Shown: positions 11,553 through 22,207, counted from the stretch's first letter. The stretch is 64,000 nt of DNA from Gammaproteobacteria bacterium (GCA_014075255.1 CP046178.1:1504894-1568893), one strand, 5' to 3'. Program-made: numbers and translations. The notes: generated by a model not told the origin, from the letters alone.

Positions 11553-12218
11553 ATGGATATAGAGCAAGCAAGATTCAACATGATTGAACAGCAAATACGT
11601 CCTTGGGATGTATTAGATGTTGATGTTTTGAAGGTTATCGAAGATACACCACGAGAATTGTATGTGCCCACTCAACATCAAAAACTAGCTTTTTCTGATC
11701 TTGAGATTCCTCTCAATCATGATCAATTCATGATGTCGCCCAAATTAGAAGCAAGGATGCTACAAGCATTGCAATTACAAGCAGATAACAATGTTCTAGA
11801 GATCGGTACAGGAACTGGATTTGTTACGGCTTGCCTAGCAAAGCTCAGTAATCATGTTGACACGATAGAACTATACGAAGATCTAAGCGCACATGCCCAA
11901 ACAACGTTACACCAACAAAAAATAACAAACATTTGTTTTAAAACGGGTGACATTTTGGATAAAAGTTTTTTTAGCAGCCATATTAATAAAAAATATGATG
12001 TCATCGCTATTACCGCTTCAATGCCTATTTATAACGATATGTTTGAAGACTTTTTGACCGAAAATGGGCGCATGTTTGTAGTGACTGACAACGCACCGGT
12101 CATGCATGCAAAAATTATTACTCGCATCGATAATCATGGTTTTACCTATACAAATCTTTTTGAAACTAATCTGCAGCCCTTAATAGGCTTACAGGCAGCA
12201 CAGGTATTTGAGCTGTAA
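11553..12218 (+). CDS. protein-L-isoaspartate O-methyltransferase-like protein
   Basis: SAM-binding motif LEIGTGTGF. 221 aa. Overlaps the downstream rhodanese gene. Confidence 0.7.
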   Translation: MDIEQARFNMIEQQIRPWDVLDVDVLKVIEDTPRELYVPTQHQKLAFSDLEIPLNHDQFMMSPKLEARMLQALQLQADNNVLEIGTGTGFVTACLAKLSNHVDTIELYEDLSAHAQTTLHQQKITNICFKTGDILDKSFFSSHINKKYDVIAITASMPIYNDMFEDFLTENGRMFVVTDNAPVMHAKIITRIDNHGFTYTNLFETNLQPLIGLQAAQVFEL

Positions 12219-12558
12219 TGAGACTTTTTTTATTATGTTTAAGGAGTTCAGCCCCCAACAATTACAGGATCATCTCGAACAAGTAAGCAAACAACCGATC
12301 TTATTAGATGTAAGAGAGCCTTGGGAGTTTGAACGTTGTTATATAAAAAATTCAAAGTTAATTCCTATGAGGCAAGTACCCAGTGCATTACGTGAATTTG
12401 ATATAGATGAAGAGATTGTTGTGATATGCCATCATGGAATACGCAGTCGTGCGGTAGCAAACTATTTAGCTCAGCAAAATTATTCAAAAGTGATTAATCT
12501 ATCGACAGGTATTGACGGTTGGGCACGAGATATAGATACCACCATGCCCATCTACTAA
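12208..12558 (+). CDS. rhodanese-like sulfurtransferase domain protein
   Basis: Active-site loop CHHGIRS. 116 aa. Confidence 0.75.
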   Translation: MSCNETFFIMFKEFSPQQLQDHLEQVSKQPILLDVREPWEFERCYIKNSKLIPMRQVPSALREFDIDEEIVVICHHGIRSRAVANYLAQQNYSKVINLSTGIDGWARDIDTTMPIY

Positions 12559-12620
12559 TGAATTACTACCGATCATTCAATATTCCCTTAATACATCACG
12601 TAAATTACAGATACATAGGC

Positions 12621-13973
12621 ATGCAATTTCCAAGTAAAAAGACTCTTAATTTCCCTAATTTCATTCTGCTCAGCACAATATATATGCTGGTATTGTCGTT
12701 TTTTAACCCAGCACATGCATTCAGCCTAATGGATGTATACATGATGGCAAAACAACAAGATGCTGATATTCATGCTGCTGAATCGCGATACAACGCTGAA
12801 ATACTAGAAACACCCATCGCACGCGCCAATGTATTACCACAAGCCAGTATTAATGCCAATACAACAGATGTTAACCAAGAAACCGATGGCTCAACATTTG
12901 GTGTATCTGGCAGAGAAGTAGATTTTAATGATCACGGCTACACGTTAAGCATCACCCAAGCGCTTTACCATCATGATTACTATGTTCAATTACGCCAGGC
13001 GAAAACGTCAGTAGCAAGAGCTGGCATTGATTTAGACGCCTCATATCAAGAACTAATAACACGAACAGCGGATGCATACTTTAACGTTCTAGCCGAACAA
13101 GATAATGTAAATTTTCGAATATCTGAAAAAGAAGCCATTGAACGTCAACTTGAACAAGCTAAAAAGCGATTTGAAGTTGGACTTATTGCCATTACCGACG
13201 TTAAGGAAGCTCAAGCATCTTATGATCTAGCGGTAGCCAGTGAAATCGAAGCCCAAAATGCATTTGAGATATCTAAAGATTCGCTGGAAGTCATTATTGC
13301 TGAACGTGCCAGCGAACTAAATTCTTTGTCTGATCGTATGCAATTAATTACCCCTGTCCCTAATGATGTTGATGAATGGATCAACAAAGCTTTGAATGAA
13401 AATTTAACTTTACTATCCAGTGAACACACAAGAAAAATTGCGCAACAAGAAGTAAAGTTACAACAATCTCAGCACTATCCAAAACTTGATATTGTCGCTA
13501 CGCACACGGACACAGACACTGGCGGATTATCAGGGAATCGAGAATCTGAAGATTCACGTATAGGTCTTGAATTAAGCTTCCCTATATTTGAGGGCGGCCG
13601 CACACACTATCGCACCAAACAAGCACGCTACAGAGCAGAGCTCTCAACAAACGAGCATGAAAAAATACGCAGAGAAACCATAAAAAACACACGTGACGCG
13701 TACTTAAATGTCATTTCTGGCGTCAGTCGAGTAAAAGCGCTTGCACGAGCGCTTGAATCCACAGAAGCAGCAGCTCGCGCTGCAGAAGCAGGCTTTCAAG
13801 TAGGCACCAGAACATCGGTAGACGTCTTGCTAGCTCTACGAGAAACATTCCGTGCTAAACGTGATTATTCACGCGCACGCTATGATTATTTATTAAATAC
13901 ATTGAATTTAAAACAGGCTGTAGGTACTCTTAGTGTTGATGATTTAGTTCAGATTGATGGTTGGCTAAATTAA
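12621..13973 (+). CDS. tolC: TolC-family outer membrane efflux channel
   Basis: Signal peptide ending AHA. Two repeats of the TolC coiled-coil/beta-barrel architecture. The start is taken at ATG 12621 because the ORF-track start at 12519 would add a non-signal N-terminal extension. Confidence 0.85.
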   Translation: MQFPSKKTLNFPNFILLSTIYMLVLSFFNPAHAFSLMDVYMMAKQQDADIHAAESRYNAEILETPIARANVLPQASINANTTDVNQETDGSTFGVSGREVDFNDHGYTLSITQALYHHDYYVQLRQAKTSVARAGIDLDASYQELITRTADAYFNVLAEQDNVNFRISEKEAIERQLEQAKKRFEVGLIAITDVKEAQASYDLAVASEIEAQNAFEISKDSLEVIIAERASELNSLSDRMQLITPVPNDVDEWINKALNENLTLLSSEHTRKIAQQEVKLQQSQHYPKLDIVATHTDTDTGGLSGNRESEDSRIGLELSFPIFEGGRTHYRTKQARYRAELSTNEHEKIRRETIKNTRDAYLNVISGVSRVKALARALESTEAAARAAEAGFQVGTRTSVDVLLALRETFRAKRDYSRARYDYLLNTLNLKQAVGTLSVDDLVQIDGWLN

Positions 13974-15244
13974 TTTCAGATGCTAAAACATTGCACCCTA
14001 CAAGCACTCGATACAAACTTTCACTTCTAGCGCTAAGCCCTCTCGCACTGGCTCATGTAGCCTATCGCGCGTTCAAAGACGGTGGATGGCGTTTCTTCAA
14101 ACAACGATTTGGATTTGGGTATGTGCAAACTAGCTCACGCCCCATACACTTTCATTGTGCTTCGGTAGGTGAATTTATCACTGCAAAACCTCTAATACAG
14201 GTTATACATGCTAAATATCCTGATAAAAATATCGTTGTAACTACAAACACGCCTACTGCAGCAAAATTAGTAAATAAACTCGATCATAAGAATATTACTC
14301 ACCATTATTTACCTATAGACCTAGCCTTTTCTGTTAAACGCTTTTTAAACAAGATTCACCCACATTGCACACTCATTCTAGAAACAGAGATATGGCCCAC
14401 CTACTATTCTTCTGCTGCAAATAAACTAATTCCAATCATAATTATTAATGCCAGGCTCTCAAACAAAACTTCTGAAACAAACCAATTTATTAAAAGTGAA
14501 TATGCACGTGCACTCAAAAATATAAGCTTAATATTAGCCCGCTCAAAAGAAGACCATGATAAATATATAGAACTCGGCGCAATGACTGAAAAATCACACG
14601 CCGTTGGAAATTTAAAATACGCTATAACCGAAAGTGCACATAAAAAACTCGCATGCACCACCATCAAACGTCCTTTTTTCTTAGCCGCATCTACCCACGA
14701 AGACGAAGAAACGCAGATTGCCGAACATGTTGAGTTATTAAAAAGAAAAAACTATTTGCTTATTTTTGCACCGCGTTATCCAGATCGTTGCAAGCAACTT
14801 GCGCAACAGTTTCAAAACAGTGGAATGAAGGTTGCTGTGCGCAGCCAACGCGATGAAATTGTAGACGCAACCGATATTTATATTGTAGACACGTTAGGTG
14901 AATTAAATGTGTTTTTTAACGAAGCTGCGCTAGTATTTATAGGCGGCTCTCTTATCACTCGCGGCGGGCATAACATATTAGAACCAGCAAGTTTTGGGAA
15001 ATGTATAATTGTTGGTCCTCACACGGATAATTTTGCGCTAGAAACCAAAGAATTATTACAAGTAGATGCGCTCATACAAGTAAGAGGTAACCACCAGCTA
15101 GGCACTAAACTCATCAGCTTATTGAAAGATGACTTACAACGAGAACATTATGGAAAAAATGCTATGCATTTTATGGAAAAGCAATCAGGTGTTTTGTATG
15201 CCTACTTAGAGTACTTGCAACCGATCTTAGAAAAATCAAATTAA
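13961..15244 (+). CDS. waaA: 3-deoxy-D-manno-octulosonic acid (Kdo) transferase
   Basis: N-terminal similarity to E. coli WaaA (RFGFGY, HCASVGEF). 427 aa. TTG start overlapping the tolC stop, so the start is uncertain. Confidence 0.9.
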   Translation: MAKLISDAKTLHPTSTRYKLSLLALSPLALAHVAYRAFKDGGWRFFKQRFGFGYVQTSSRPIHFHCASVGEFITAKPLIQVIHAKYPDKNIVVTTNTPTAAKLVNKLDHKNITHHYLPIDLAFSVKRFLNKIHPHCTLILETEIWPTYYSSAANKLIPIIIINARLSNKTSETNQFIKSEYARALKNISLILARSKEDHDKYIELGAMTEKSHAVGNLKYAITESAHKKLACTTIKRPFFLAASTHEDEETQIAEHVELLKRKNYLLIFAPRYPDRCKQLAQQFQNSGMKVAVRSQRDEIVDATDIYIVDTLGELNVFFNEAALVFIGGSLITRGGHNILEPASFGKCIIVGPHTDNFALETKELLQVDALIQVRGNHQLGTKLISLLKDDLQREHYGKNAMHFMEKQSGVLYAYLEYLQPILEKSN

Positions 15245-15258
15245 CCACTTTCCTAGTC

Positions 15259-15987
15259 TTAATCTGCATAACCTTGCATTAGTGATGAGAAGTCTGTTGG
15301 ATGGTAATGAAAATCTTTATTGCTATTCGCTAATTTCTCTAGCGAGCGCTTGAGTCGGCCTAGATTTTGCATCTTCCATTTTTCTGATGAAGCCTTAATA
15401 ATCGATCTATCAAAATCGATCAGGTAAATCTCTTTTTGCTGATCCAGCATAATATTATGTGCATTTAAATCCGCATGATGACAATTATAATGGTGAAATT
15501 TTTTGATAATCTGACCCATTCTCTGCCATTCCTCACTAGAAACAGAATCTTCCACAAGCAGGGAACTAAGTGTTTTTGCATTGGGTATCAAAACTGTGAT
15601 GATGTCTGCTTGATACGTTAATCCATTTCTATGGATATGCGCTGCCGCAGGTATTGGCACAGGAAGCCCAGCTCCATGCATTGTTAACAATATTTCCATT
15701 TCCTGCATGGCTCTGGTTTTAGCCAAGGTCATCCATAAGTACTTATCATCAATGAATATAGCGGGAACACCACCACGCCGATAATGACGCAATACTAAGT
15801 TTATTTCATTATATTCAAAACCATAAATACCCCCTCTGCCATGCTGCAATTCTGCATTGTTAATACTTAGTAGCGAATTAGATTCTAGGAAATCAGGGTC
15901 AAATAACGCTTGCGGAAACCTTTCGAATAGTAATTTATTGTAGGCAACGATATCATCACCCTCATAGTTGACTTCAATATCTTTCAT
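15259..15987 (-). CDS. kdkA: Kdo kinase
   Basis: Kdo/WaaP kinase family motifs (HADLNAHNIM, IDFD). 242 aa. Adjacent to waaA, as in Haemophilus/Vibrio. Confidence 0.8.
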   Translation of the reverse strand: MKDIEVNYEGDDIVAYNKLLFERFPQALFDPDFLESNSLLSINNAELQHGRGGIYGFEYNEINLVLRHYRRGGVPAIFIDDKYLWMTLAKTRAMQEMEILLTMHGAGLPVPIPAAAHIHRNGLTYQADIITVLIPNAKTLSSLLVEDSVSSEEWQRMGQIIKKFHHYNCHHADLNAHNIMLDQQKEIYLIDFDRSIIKASSEKWKMQNLGRLKRSLEKLANSNKDFHYHPTDFSSLMQGYAD

Positions 15988-16061
15988 TACGTTATCTTGA
16001 ATATTTGTTTTTGACTCTAAATCTAATTCTACGTATTTGATTCTACTGATTTAACCCCACA

Positions 16062-17117
16062 ATGAAACATCCGCCAAACTCAATTTGCATACTGCGTTTA
16101 TCCGCAATTGGTGATGTAACCCACATGATCCCAGTAGTACATACCCTGCAAAAATACTGGCCCAGCACCAAACTTACCTGGGTTATTGGTAAAAGTGAGG
16201 CTAATTTAGTCAAGGACCTTCCTGGTATCGATTTCATCATTTTCGATAAATCCAATACTATTGCAAGCTACCGATCCATTGCTAAAGCGATGAGAAAGCA
16301 GTTATTTGATGTATTGGTTTGTGCACAAGTATCATTCCGAGCTAATTTTATCAGCACACTCATACCTGCCAAACTTAAACTTGGTTACGACAAAGCACGC
16401 GCAAAAGATCTACATACACTATTTATTGATGAAAGTATTTCAGATACGCCTGAACAACATGTTTTAGATAGTTTTTTTAGCTTTATTGAATATCTTGGCT
16501 TAAATGAACGCGAACTTAGTTGGAAATATGAAATTTCTGATGACGCTCAAAGTTTTGCAAGTCAACACATCGATAAAAATCGTTTTAATTTAATTATCAG
16601 CCCTTGCTCAAGCCACCCAAGACGCAATTGGAGTAACGCACGTTATGCTGCCGTTGCAGATTACGCAGCTCAAACATTAGATGCACATATAATGTTATGC
16701 GGCGGCCCATCCGATTTAGAAAAAACAGCAGGTATCGAGATTGAAAGATCTATGCAAGCTCGAGCAACAAATTTGATTGGCAAAGACACTTTAAATAAGT
16801 TTCTTGCGCTTTTAAAATATGCTGACGCCATTATCACACCTGACTCCGGCCCGGCACACATGGCAACCGGGTTTAACACCCCCGTACTTGGTTTACATGC
16901 AGCAAGCAATCCTAAACGTAGTGGCCCCTATCTTAGTCAAGATTGGTGTATAGATAAGTATAATGATGCAGCAATAAGATTTAAGAACAAACCTGCCAAT
17001 GAACTTAAATGGGGTACAAAATTAGAATATGATGGCGTTATGGATTTAATCACCGTAGATGACGTTACATGCAAACTAGAACAACTCGTAAAACGACAAA
17101 CAAAAGGCAATAATTAA
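16062..17117 (+). CDS. glycosyltransferase family 9 (LPS heptosyltransferase, possibly heptosyltransferase I)
   Basis: GT9 N-terminal motif ILRLSAIGDVTHMIP. 351 aa. C-terminal region shows the donor-binding motif TPDSGPAHMA. Confidence 0.8.
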   Translation: MKHPPNSICILRLSAIGDVTHMIPVVHTLQKYWPSTKLTWVIGKSEANLVKDLPGIDFIIFDKSNTIASYRSIAKAMRKQLFDVLVCAQVSFRANFISTLIPAKLKLGYDKARAKDLHTLFIDESISDTPEQHVLDSFFSFIEYLGLNERELSWKYEISDDAQSFASQHIDKNRFNLIISPCSSHPRRNWSNARYAAVADYAAQTLDAHIMLCGGPSDLEKTAGIEIERSMQARATNLIGKDTLNKFLALLKYADAIITPDSGPAHMATGFNTPVLGLHAASNPKRSGPYLSQDWCIDKYNDAAIRFKNKPANELKWGTKLEYDGVMDLITVDDVTCKLEQLVKRQTKGNN

Positions 17118-17127
17118 ATATACAAAT

Positions 17128-17514
17128 ATGGAAAACATTAACATACCAATCTCCCCCGGTGAGCTCTTAGACAAAATCACAATATTAGAAATTAAATCTG
17201 AAAATATTGAAAATGAAGAAAAACTTGCTAACGTTGCAATAGAACTGAATCTTTTAAGTAAAATTTGGGGAAATACATCGCAAGATTCAGATCTCGAAGC
17301 TCTAAAAAAAGAGTTAAAAGACAATAATAAAGCTCTATGGGAAATTGAAGATAAAATTCGTATCAAGGAATCTAATAAAGAATTTGATCACGTATTTATT
17401 GAATTAGCTCGCTCTGTATATATTCAAAATGACAAGCGCGCAGATACGAAGAAAAAAATTAACCTAAAGCTTGGATCGATGATCGTTGAAGAAAAATCTT
17501 ATGCGGATTACTAA
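17128..17514 (+). CDS. hypothetical cytoplasmic protein
   Basis: 128-aa acidic/coiled-coil-like ORF inside the LPS core locus. Confidence 0.5.
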   Translation: MENINIPISPGELLDKITILEIKSENIENEEKLANVAIELNLLSKIWGNTSQDSDLEALKKELKDNNKALWEIEDKIRIKESNKEFDHVFIELARSVYIQNDKRADTKKKINLKLGSMIVEEKSYADY

Positions 17515-17515
17515 G

Positions 17516-18208
17516 TTACTTGCCACTTACATTCCGATTGCGATACCAGACAGAAAGCGCATACATCATCATAAAGAGTGCGAGTAAACATTCTTTAGTT
17601 TCACCCGCACGTATATCCAAGACAACTGGGATATCTATTTCAAGCAGCCTATAGACTTTCTCATGCCAGCTTACTAACAAAGAAAGTAATGCAGCTGGCA
17701 AACAAACATAGGTCGGCAACAACCAATCATAAAATGACTCTTTATTAGGCATATGATGTTTATACCTTCTAAATATAGGAATTAACACTCCACCAATCAA
17801 AGCAGCTAGTGACAATAAAGTTCTGGGTATTTGATCAAATATAGCAGCAGTATTATGTAAATTGGTTTCTTGTTGATCGTTAAACTCAGTCCACTGTTGC
17901 GGAGTACCCCAGCCAAAAAAGTGCTGCCCCCAGCTCATTTCTTCGCCAGCATAATAAATAGCACCTAGTAAAAATAAAACCATCCAGATCTTCAAGCCAG
18001 AAAACTGTACTCTCTGTTTTGCAAATAAAAATAACAAACAGGCAATTATTGCAGTAAGTAAAAATAACACTGTAATATTTTCGATTATCCCCTTTTCTCC
18101 ATACATATATGCATCTGTATGCACGCCTATAAAACGAGCTATATAAGGCATCACCGCAACAACAATGGGTAACAACAACCAAACTATTTTATGTAAATCT
18201 TTACTCAT
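17516..18208 (-). CDS. hypothetical polytopic membrane protein
   Basis: About 6 predicted TM helices with a conserved-looking EEMSWGQHFFGW segment. Confidence 0.5.
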   Translation of the reverse strand: MSKDLHKIVWLLLPIVVAVMPYIARFIGVHTDAYMYGEKGIIENITVLFLLTAIIACLLFLFAKQRVQFSGLKIWMVLFLLGAIYYAGEEMSWGQHFFGWGTPQQWTEFNDQQETNLHNTAAIFDQIPRTLLSLAALIGGVLIPIFRRYKHHMPNKESFYDWLLPTYVCLPAALLSLLVSWHEKVYRLLEIDIPVVLDIRAGETKECLLALFMMMYALSVWYRNRNVSGK

Positions 18209-18223
18209 AAATTTTACGCAACC

Positions 18224-18853
18224 TCAATTTCTACCAATCCATTTTTTTTGCTTACCCCTTCTATCCCAGTTTCTTAAACTACGGTAGTCACGAAATGATT
18301 TTTTTCGGATACCTAGTTTAAATGCAAGCCCAACAATTGGATTAGGCGGGAAAAGATATTGCGGCATAATATTAAAATCATACAGCTTAGGAATCCATTT
18401 TCCACTTGCTTTATTTACAAGCACATTACCAACACTAATATCTAGATCGTGTATGCCATTTGCCTCTGCTTCGCGCACTATTTCGTAACCGGACTCCAAT
18501 ATTTCACTAGGTAAACAACCAAGCTCAACTATCACTTGTTTTAGTATTTGTCCCGTAACCCGCTCTTGAACCATACAGTGAGTAAACTCGCCATCCTGTG
18601 GAAATACTCTATAAGGCTTAGCAATATATCGCTTTATTTTCGGCAACTCATACAGAGCCACATTTCTACCATATTCATACTTAGCGATATCAACTTGATA
18701 TTTATGTGCATATTTTTGCGCCACCTCTTCATGGTAGATCTTTATAATTACCGGCTCGCTATCTACGTATGCGTTATATGCGTGAGCACGCCCACCTCTA
18801 CCAATATACTCAGCAATTTCAATATCATTCGGTAAATTTATTTTTGATTCCAT
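18224..18853 (-). CDS. small protein-kinase-like fold protein (putative LPS/sugar kinase)
   Basis: Glycine-rich loop GRGGRAHAY, VIIKIY lysine, catalytic loop HDLDISVGNVLV and DFN motif. 209 aa. Confidence 0.55.
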   Translation of the reverse strand: MESKINLPNDIEIAEYIGRGGRAHAYNAYVDSEPVIIKIYHEEVAQKYAHKYQVDIAKYEYGRNVALYELPKIKRYIAKPYRVFPQDGEFTHCMVQERVTGQILKQVIVELGCLPSEILESGYEIVREAEANGIHDLDISVGNVLVNKASGKWIPKLYDFNIMPQYLFPPNPIVGLAFKLGIRKKSFRDYRSLRNWDRRGKQKKWIGRN

Positions 18854-18905
18854 GGAACTTTTTCTTGTTAGGGATATGCGCTCATCCAGGCGATCTATTA
18901 TTACA

Positions 18906-19820
18906 CTAACGCAACACTAAACTTTTCATTAATCTTGGAAAATGCTTCAAATTTAATACCGCTCTTGGCTCAAGCTTGGCAGCATTTAAATAATTTTGTG
19001 ATGCAATTTTATAATCTTTATTGATACAAGATATTCTGCCAACTTTTAAATATCTTTTTACCAATACATGCTTTTTTAATTTTAATAGCTCGTTGCTAGA
19101 AGGCAGGCTCGCAAATAATTCCTCAACACCATGTACTCCAGTTTCTATAATTCGTTGATAGTTTTCGCGCAAGCTATCTGTATGCCTTGGCATCTCCACT
19201 AAGATGTCTGGAATAGAAACACATTTATAATGATACATAACATGGCTAAAAAACATAGTGTCTTCATCCACATGCACCTTTAAAGGAAATTTAATCTTAT
19301 CTAATACACATCGCTTTAACACTGATGAACTAGGTCGTAGACCAACCATCTTTCCATTCAGAAGAGTTATAACGTTTTCCAAATTGCTCTCTACTAATTT
19401 TACAGGCGTACGTAATCGCAATTCACCACTGTAGCTTACAGCTTGATAACCACCAAAGATCATATCTATTTCTGATCGATTACTAATTTCCTCATAAACA
19501 ACCTTCAAAGTACCCGGCAACAACTTATCATCCGCATCCAGAAATAGTAAATAATCCCCACTGGATCGTTTATATCCATAATTTCTTGCGGTGGATACAC
19601 CTTGATTATCTTGATAAAAGTAACAAATATTAGAATTAGAATACTTGCCCTGCAGAGCCTCTACTACCGTGCTTGTATGATCCGTTGAACCATCATCCAC
19701 AACGATGATTTCGTGAGCAGACATGGTTTGATCAATAACTGACTTGATCGCTACGTCAATATAGTCTGCATAATTAAAACTGGGAATAATTATAGATAAT
19801 TTTATATTGTGATTGGACAT
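18906..19820 (-). CDS. glycosyltransferase family 2
   Basis: LSIIIPSFN...VVDDGSTD and DADD motifs. Confidence 0.8.
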   Translation of the reverse strand: MSNHNIKLSIIIPSFNYADYIDVAIKSVIDQTMSAHEIIVVDDGSTDHTSTVVEALQGKYSNSNICYFYQDNQGVSTARNYGYKRSSGDYLLFLDADDKLLPGTLKVVYEEISNRSEIDMIFGGYQAVSYSGELRLRTPVKLVESNLENVITLLNGKMVGLRPSSSVLKRCVLDKIKFPLKVHVDEDTMFFSHVMYHYKCVSIPDILVEMPRHTDSLRENYQRIIETGVHGVEELFASLPSSNELLKLKKHVLVKRYLKVGRISCINKDYKIASQNYLNAAKLEPRAVLNLKHFPRLMKSLVLR

Positions 19821-19835
19821 GGTTAGTTTTTAATT

Positions 19836-20765
19836 TTGCCTTATAATCCAATACAAGAAATTGTTAAAACAAACATGATTTTTAAAAAACTACCTGTGAA
19901 ATATATAGATGGCAAAAGTGGCGTCTATGCAATTTCCCCTAATATATCAGATAAAAACACCTTGCTCAGTTGGATTCAAAACAAGAATTTCGAAAAATTC
20001 GTAAATGGTGGTAATCAATTACTTCGACACACCCGCAAACGAAACAAACTATATACTTTTCAACACCCAATTTTTGATAAACAAGTTATCCTCAAGGTTT
20101 CCGAAATAGACAAGCAATACAAGCTTACGAGAAGAGTTAACTTATATCTATCCACCTTACTTAATGATTATAATTTTCGTGCATTTTCTGGCGCATGCCT
20201 TTTGCGTGAAAATGATATTACTTGCCCAGAGCCGATAGCCTACTGGAACGAAAAGCATTATTTTTTAATTAAAAAAAGTTATTATCTTTATGAAATGATC
20301 GAAGCTGATAACACTGTACACAGCTTTGCTGAAAAGTTGAGCGCTAAACGTAAATCCAGCTTAGACGAAATACAGAATGTGCTCGCAAACAAAATAGTTC
20401 GCGTTGTGCAAAGTATACATAGCGCAGGCTACAGACAAGGCGACCCTCACCCTGGTAATTTTTTAATTTCAAACTTTACCAAAAAGATATCAGAGCTGAC
20501 TACTGATGAAATAAACCAAGCACAAATATCTATCATAGACCTAGATAAGTTCAGTAATGCTCGAATTAATGCTAGCCATATAAAGCTATTTTTTGATGTT
20601 CGCTGTTTTAGACGTTGCACACTAGGCAAACTAAACCAGCAAGATATGTTAAAGATTTATATGGGAAATAAACATTCTAAATTATGGGCTATAGTTTTAG
20701 AATTTTGGATGCTTGGTGGGTTTAATTTCACCAAGTGGTTTAAATTTGAGAAAAAAAGAAAATAA
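19836..20765 (+). CDS. lipopolysaccharide kinase (Kdo/WaaP/InaA) family protein
   Basis: Catalytic loop GDPHPGNFLI and IIDLD motif. 309 aa. Confidence 0.6.
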   Translation: MPYNPIQEIVKTNMIFKKLPVKYIDGKSGVYAISPNISDKNTLLSWIQNKNFEKFVNGGNQLLRHTRKRNKLYTFQHPIFDKQVILKVSEIDKQYKLTRRVNLYLSTLLNDYNFRAFSGACLLRENDITCPEPIAYWNEKHYFLIKKSYYLYEMIEADNTVHSFAEKLSAKRKSSLDEIQNVLANKIVRVVQSIHSAGYRQGDPHPGNFLISNFTKKISELTTDEINQAQISIIDLDKFSNARINASHIKLFFDVRCFRRCTLGKLNQQDMLKIYMGNKHSKLWAIVLEFWMLGGFNFTKWFKFEKKRK

Positions 20766-22190
20766 TTAACTAGTTTTTATTTTTGAAATAAGCTCAGAAG
20801 TTGACCTAGATTGAACATATTCAATAGTCTTAACTTCACCACCATTTGCAGTTACCGATTCACCACCAACAATATCTTCTATCTTATAATCTCCACCTTT
20901 AACCAGAACATCCGGCAATATTGCACGAATTAATTCTTCAGGCGTGTCTTGATCAAACTCTACTAGCCAATTTACAGCTTGCAAACTAGACAAAACGGTC
21001 ATCCTATCCTTAATTTTATTGATTGGTCTAGAACCACCTTTAATTTTATTCACCGAACGATCAGAATTAACGGCCACAATTAATACATCACCAAGTTCTT
21101 TTGCTTTCGACAAATATTCAACATGACCAGAATGCAGAATATCAAAACAACCATTGGTCATAACAATTTTTTTTCCTTCACCTCGAAGAGATTTTACTTT
21201 TTTAATCAAGTCATCTTGAGGAATTATCTTGCCTAAAATTTCACTAGATCTATTGAGTTCATGTTCAATTTCGTTTCTTGTTACCGTAGCTGCACCAAGT
21301 TTACCCGCCACAACGCTCGCCGCTGCATTAGCAATGTTCACAGCATCTTCGAATGAAGAATCTGCAGCATAAGAGGCCGCTAATACGGAAATAAATGTAT
21401 CGCCAGCACCGGTTACATCAAACACTTCTTTGGCTCGGGCTGGAATATTCACAGTTTTACCTGATTTCTCTATAAGCATAACGCCTTTTTCACTGCGAGT
21501 AATGATTAAAGCGTTTAGATTTAGCTCGCTTAACAAGCCTAATCCTTTATCTACTAATTCTTGCTCACTGGAAACTTGCCCAACTACAGCTGTAAACTCT
21601 GATTGATTAGGTGTAATTGCGGTTACATTTTTATATTTAGAAAAGTCACCCCCTTTAGGATCCACAAAGATACTAGTACCCATAGAGTTGGCTTTGTTAA
21701 TAATCTCAGCAATGTCCTTTAATGCGCCTTTTTTATAGTCTGATAAAATCAGAACATTGTGCCTTTCGATTTCATTACAAACCCTGCTAGTTAATTTACT
21801 GACACTATCTCCTGAAAACTCACCTTCAAAATCTAAGCGTATTAGTTGTTGGTGGCGGCTGAGAACACGTAGCTTAGCTACGGTTTTTGCTAACGGATCT
21901 TTTATGCAATGCAGAGCTACATCTTCCTGCTGCAATAATTTTTCTAAGTGCTCTGCAGCCTCATCTTCACCCAGCAATCCTGCCAGTGTGCACTGACCGC
22001 CTAATGCAGTGATACTACGAGCCACATTACCCGCCCCTCCAGGCCGCTCTTCAAAATCTTTGACCAACACCACAGGCACTGGTGCTTCTGGAGAAATTCT
22101 TTGTGTATCGCCATTCCAGTAACGATCTAACATTAGATCACCCGCAACAAGAATGTTAGCCTTTGAGAAATCTGGTAAAGAAGTTGGCAT
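20766..22190 (-). CDS. hldE: bifunctional D-beta-D-heptose 7-phosphate kinase / D-beta-D-heptose 1-phosphate adenylyltransferase
   Basis: N-terminal ribokinase-like domain plus a C-terminal cytidylyltransferase domain (TNGCFDILHSGHVEYL). 474 aa. Confidence 0.95.
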   Translation of the reverse strand: MPTSLPDFSKANILVAGDLMLDRYWNGDTQRISPEAPVPVVLVKDFEERPGGAGNVARSITALGGQCTLAGLLGEDEAAEHLEKLLQQEDVALHCIKDPLAKTVAKLRVLSRHQQLIRLDFEGEFSGDSVSKLTSRVCNEIERHNVLILSDYKKGALKDIAEIINKANSMGTSIFVDPKGGDFSKYKNVTAITPNQSEFTAVVGQVSSEQELVDKGLGLLSELNLNALIITRSEKGVMLIEKSGKTVNIPARAKEVFDVTGAGDTFISVLAASYAADSSFEDAVNIANAAASVVAGKLGAATVTRNEIEHELNRSSEILGKIIPQDDLIKKVKSLRGEGKKIVMTNGCFDILHSGHVEYLSKAKELGDVLIVAVNSDRSVNKIKGGSRPINKIKDRMTVLSSLQAVNWLVEFDQDTPEELIRAILPDVLVKGGDYKIEDIVGGESVTANGGEVKTIEYVQSRSTSELISKIKTS

Positions 22191-22207
22191 ATGTAAAATG
22201 TAAGTAA

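Noticed and set aside
12519-12620. Long N-terminal extension of TolC starting at 12519
   Set aside because: The extension precedes an obvious signal peptide that starts at ATG 12621. It would also overlap the rhodanese gene by 40 nt, so the internal start was preferred.
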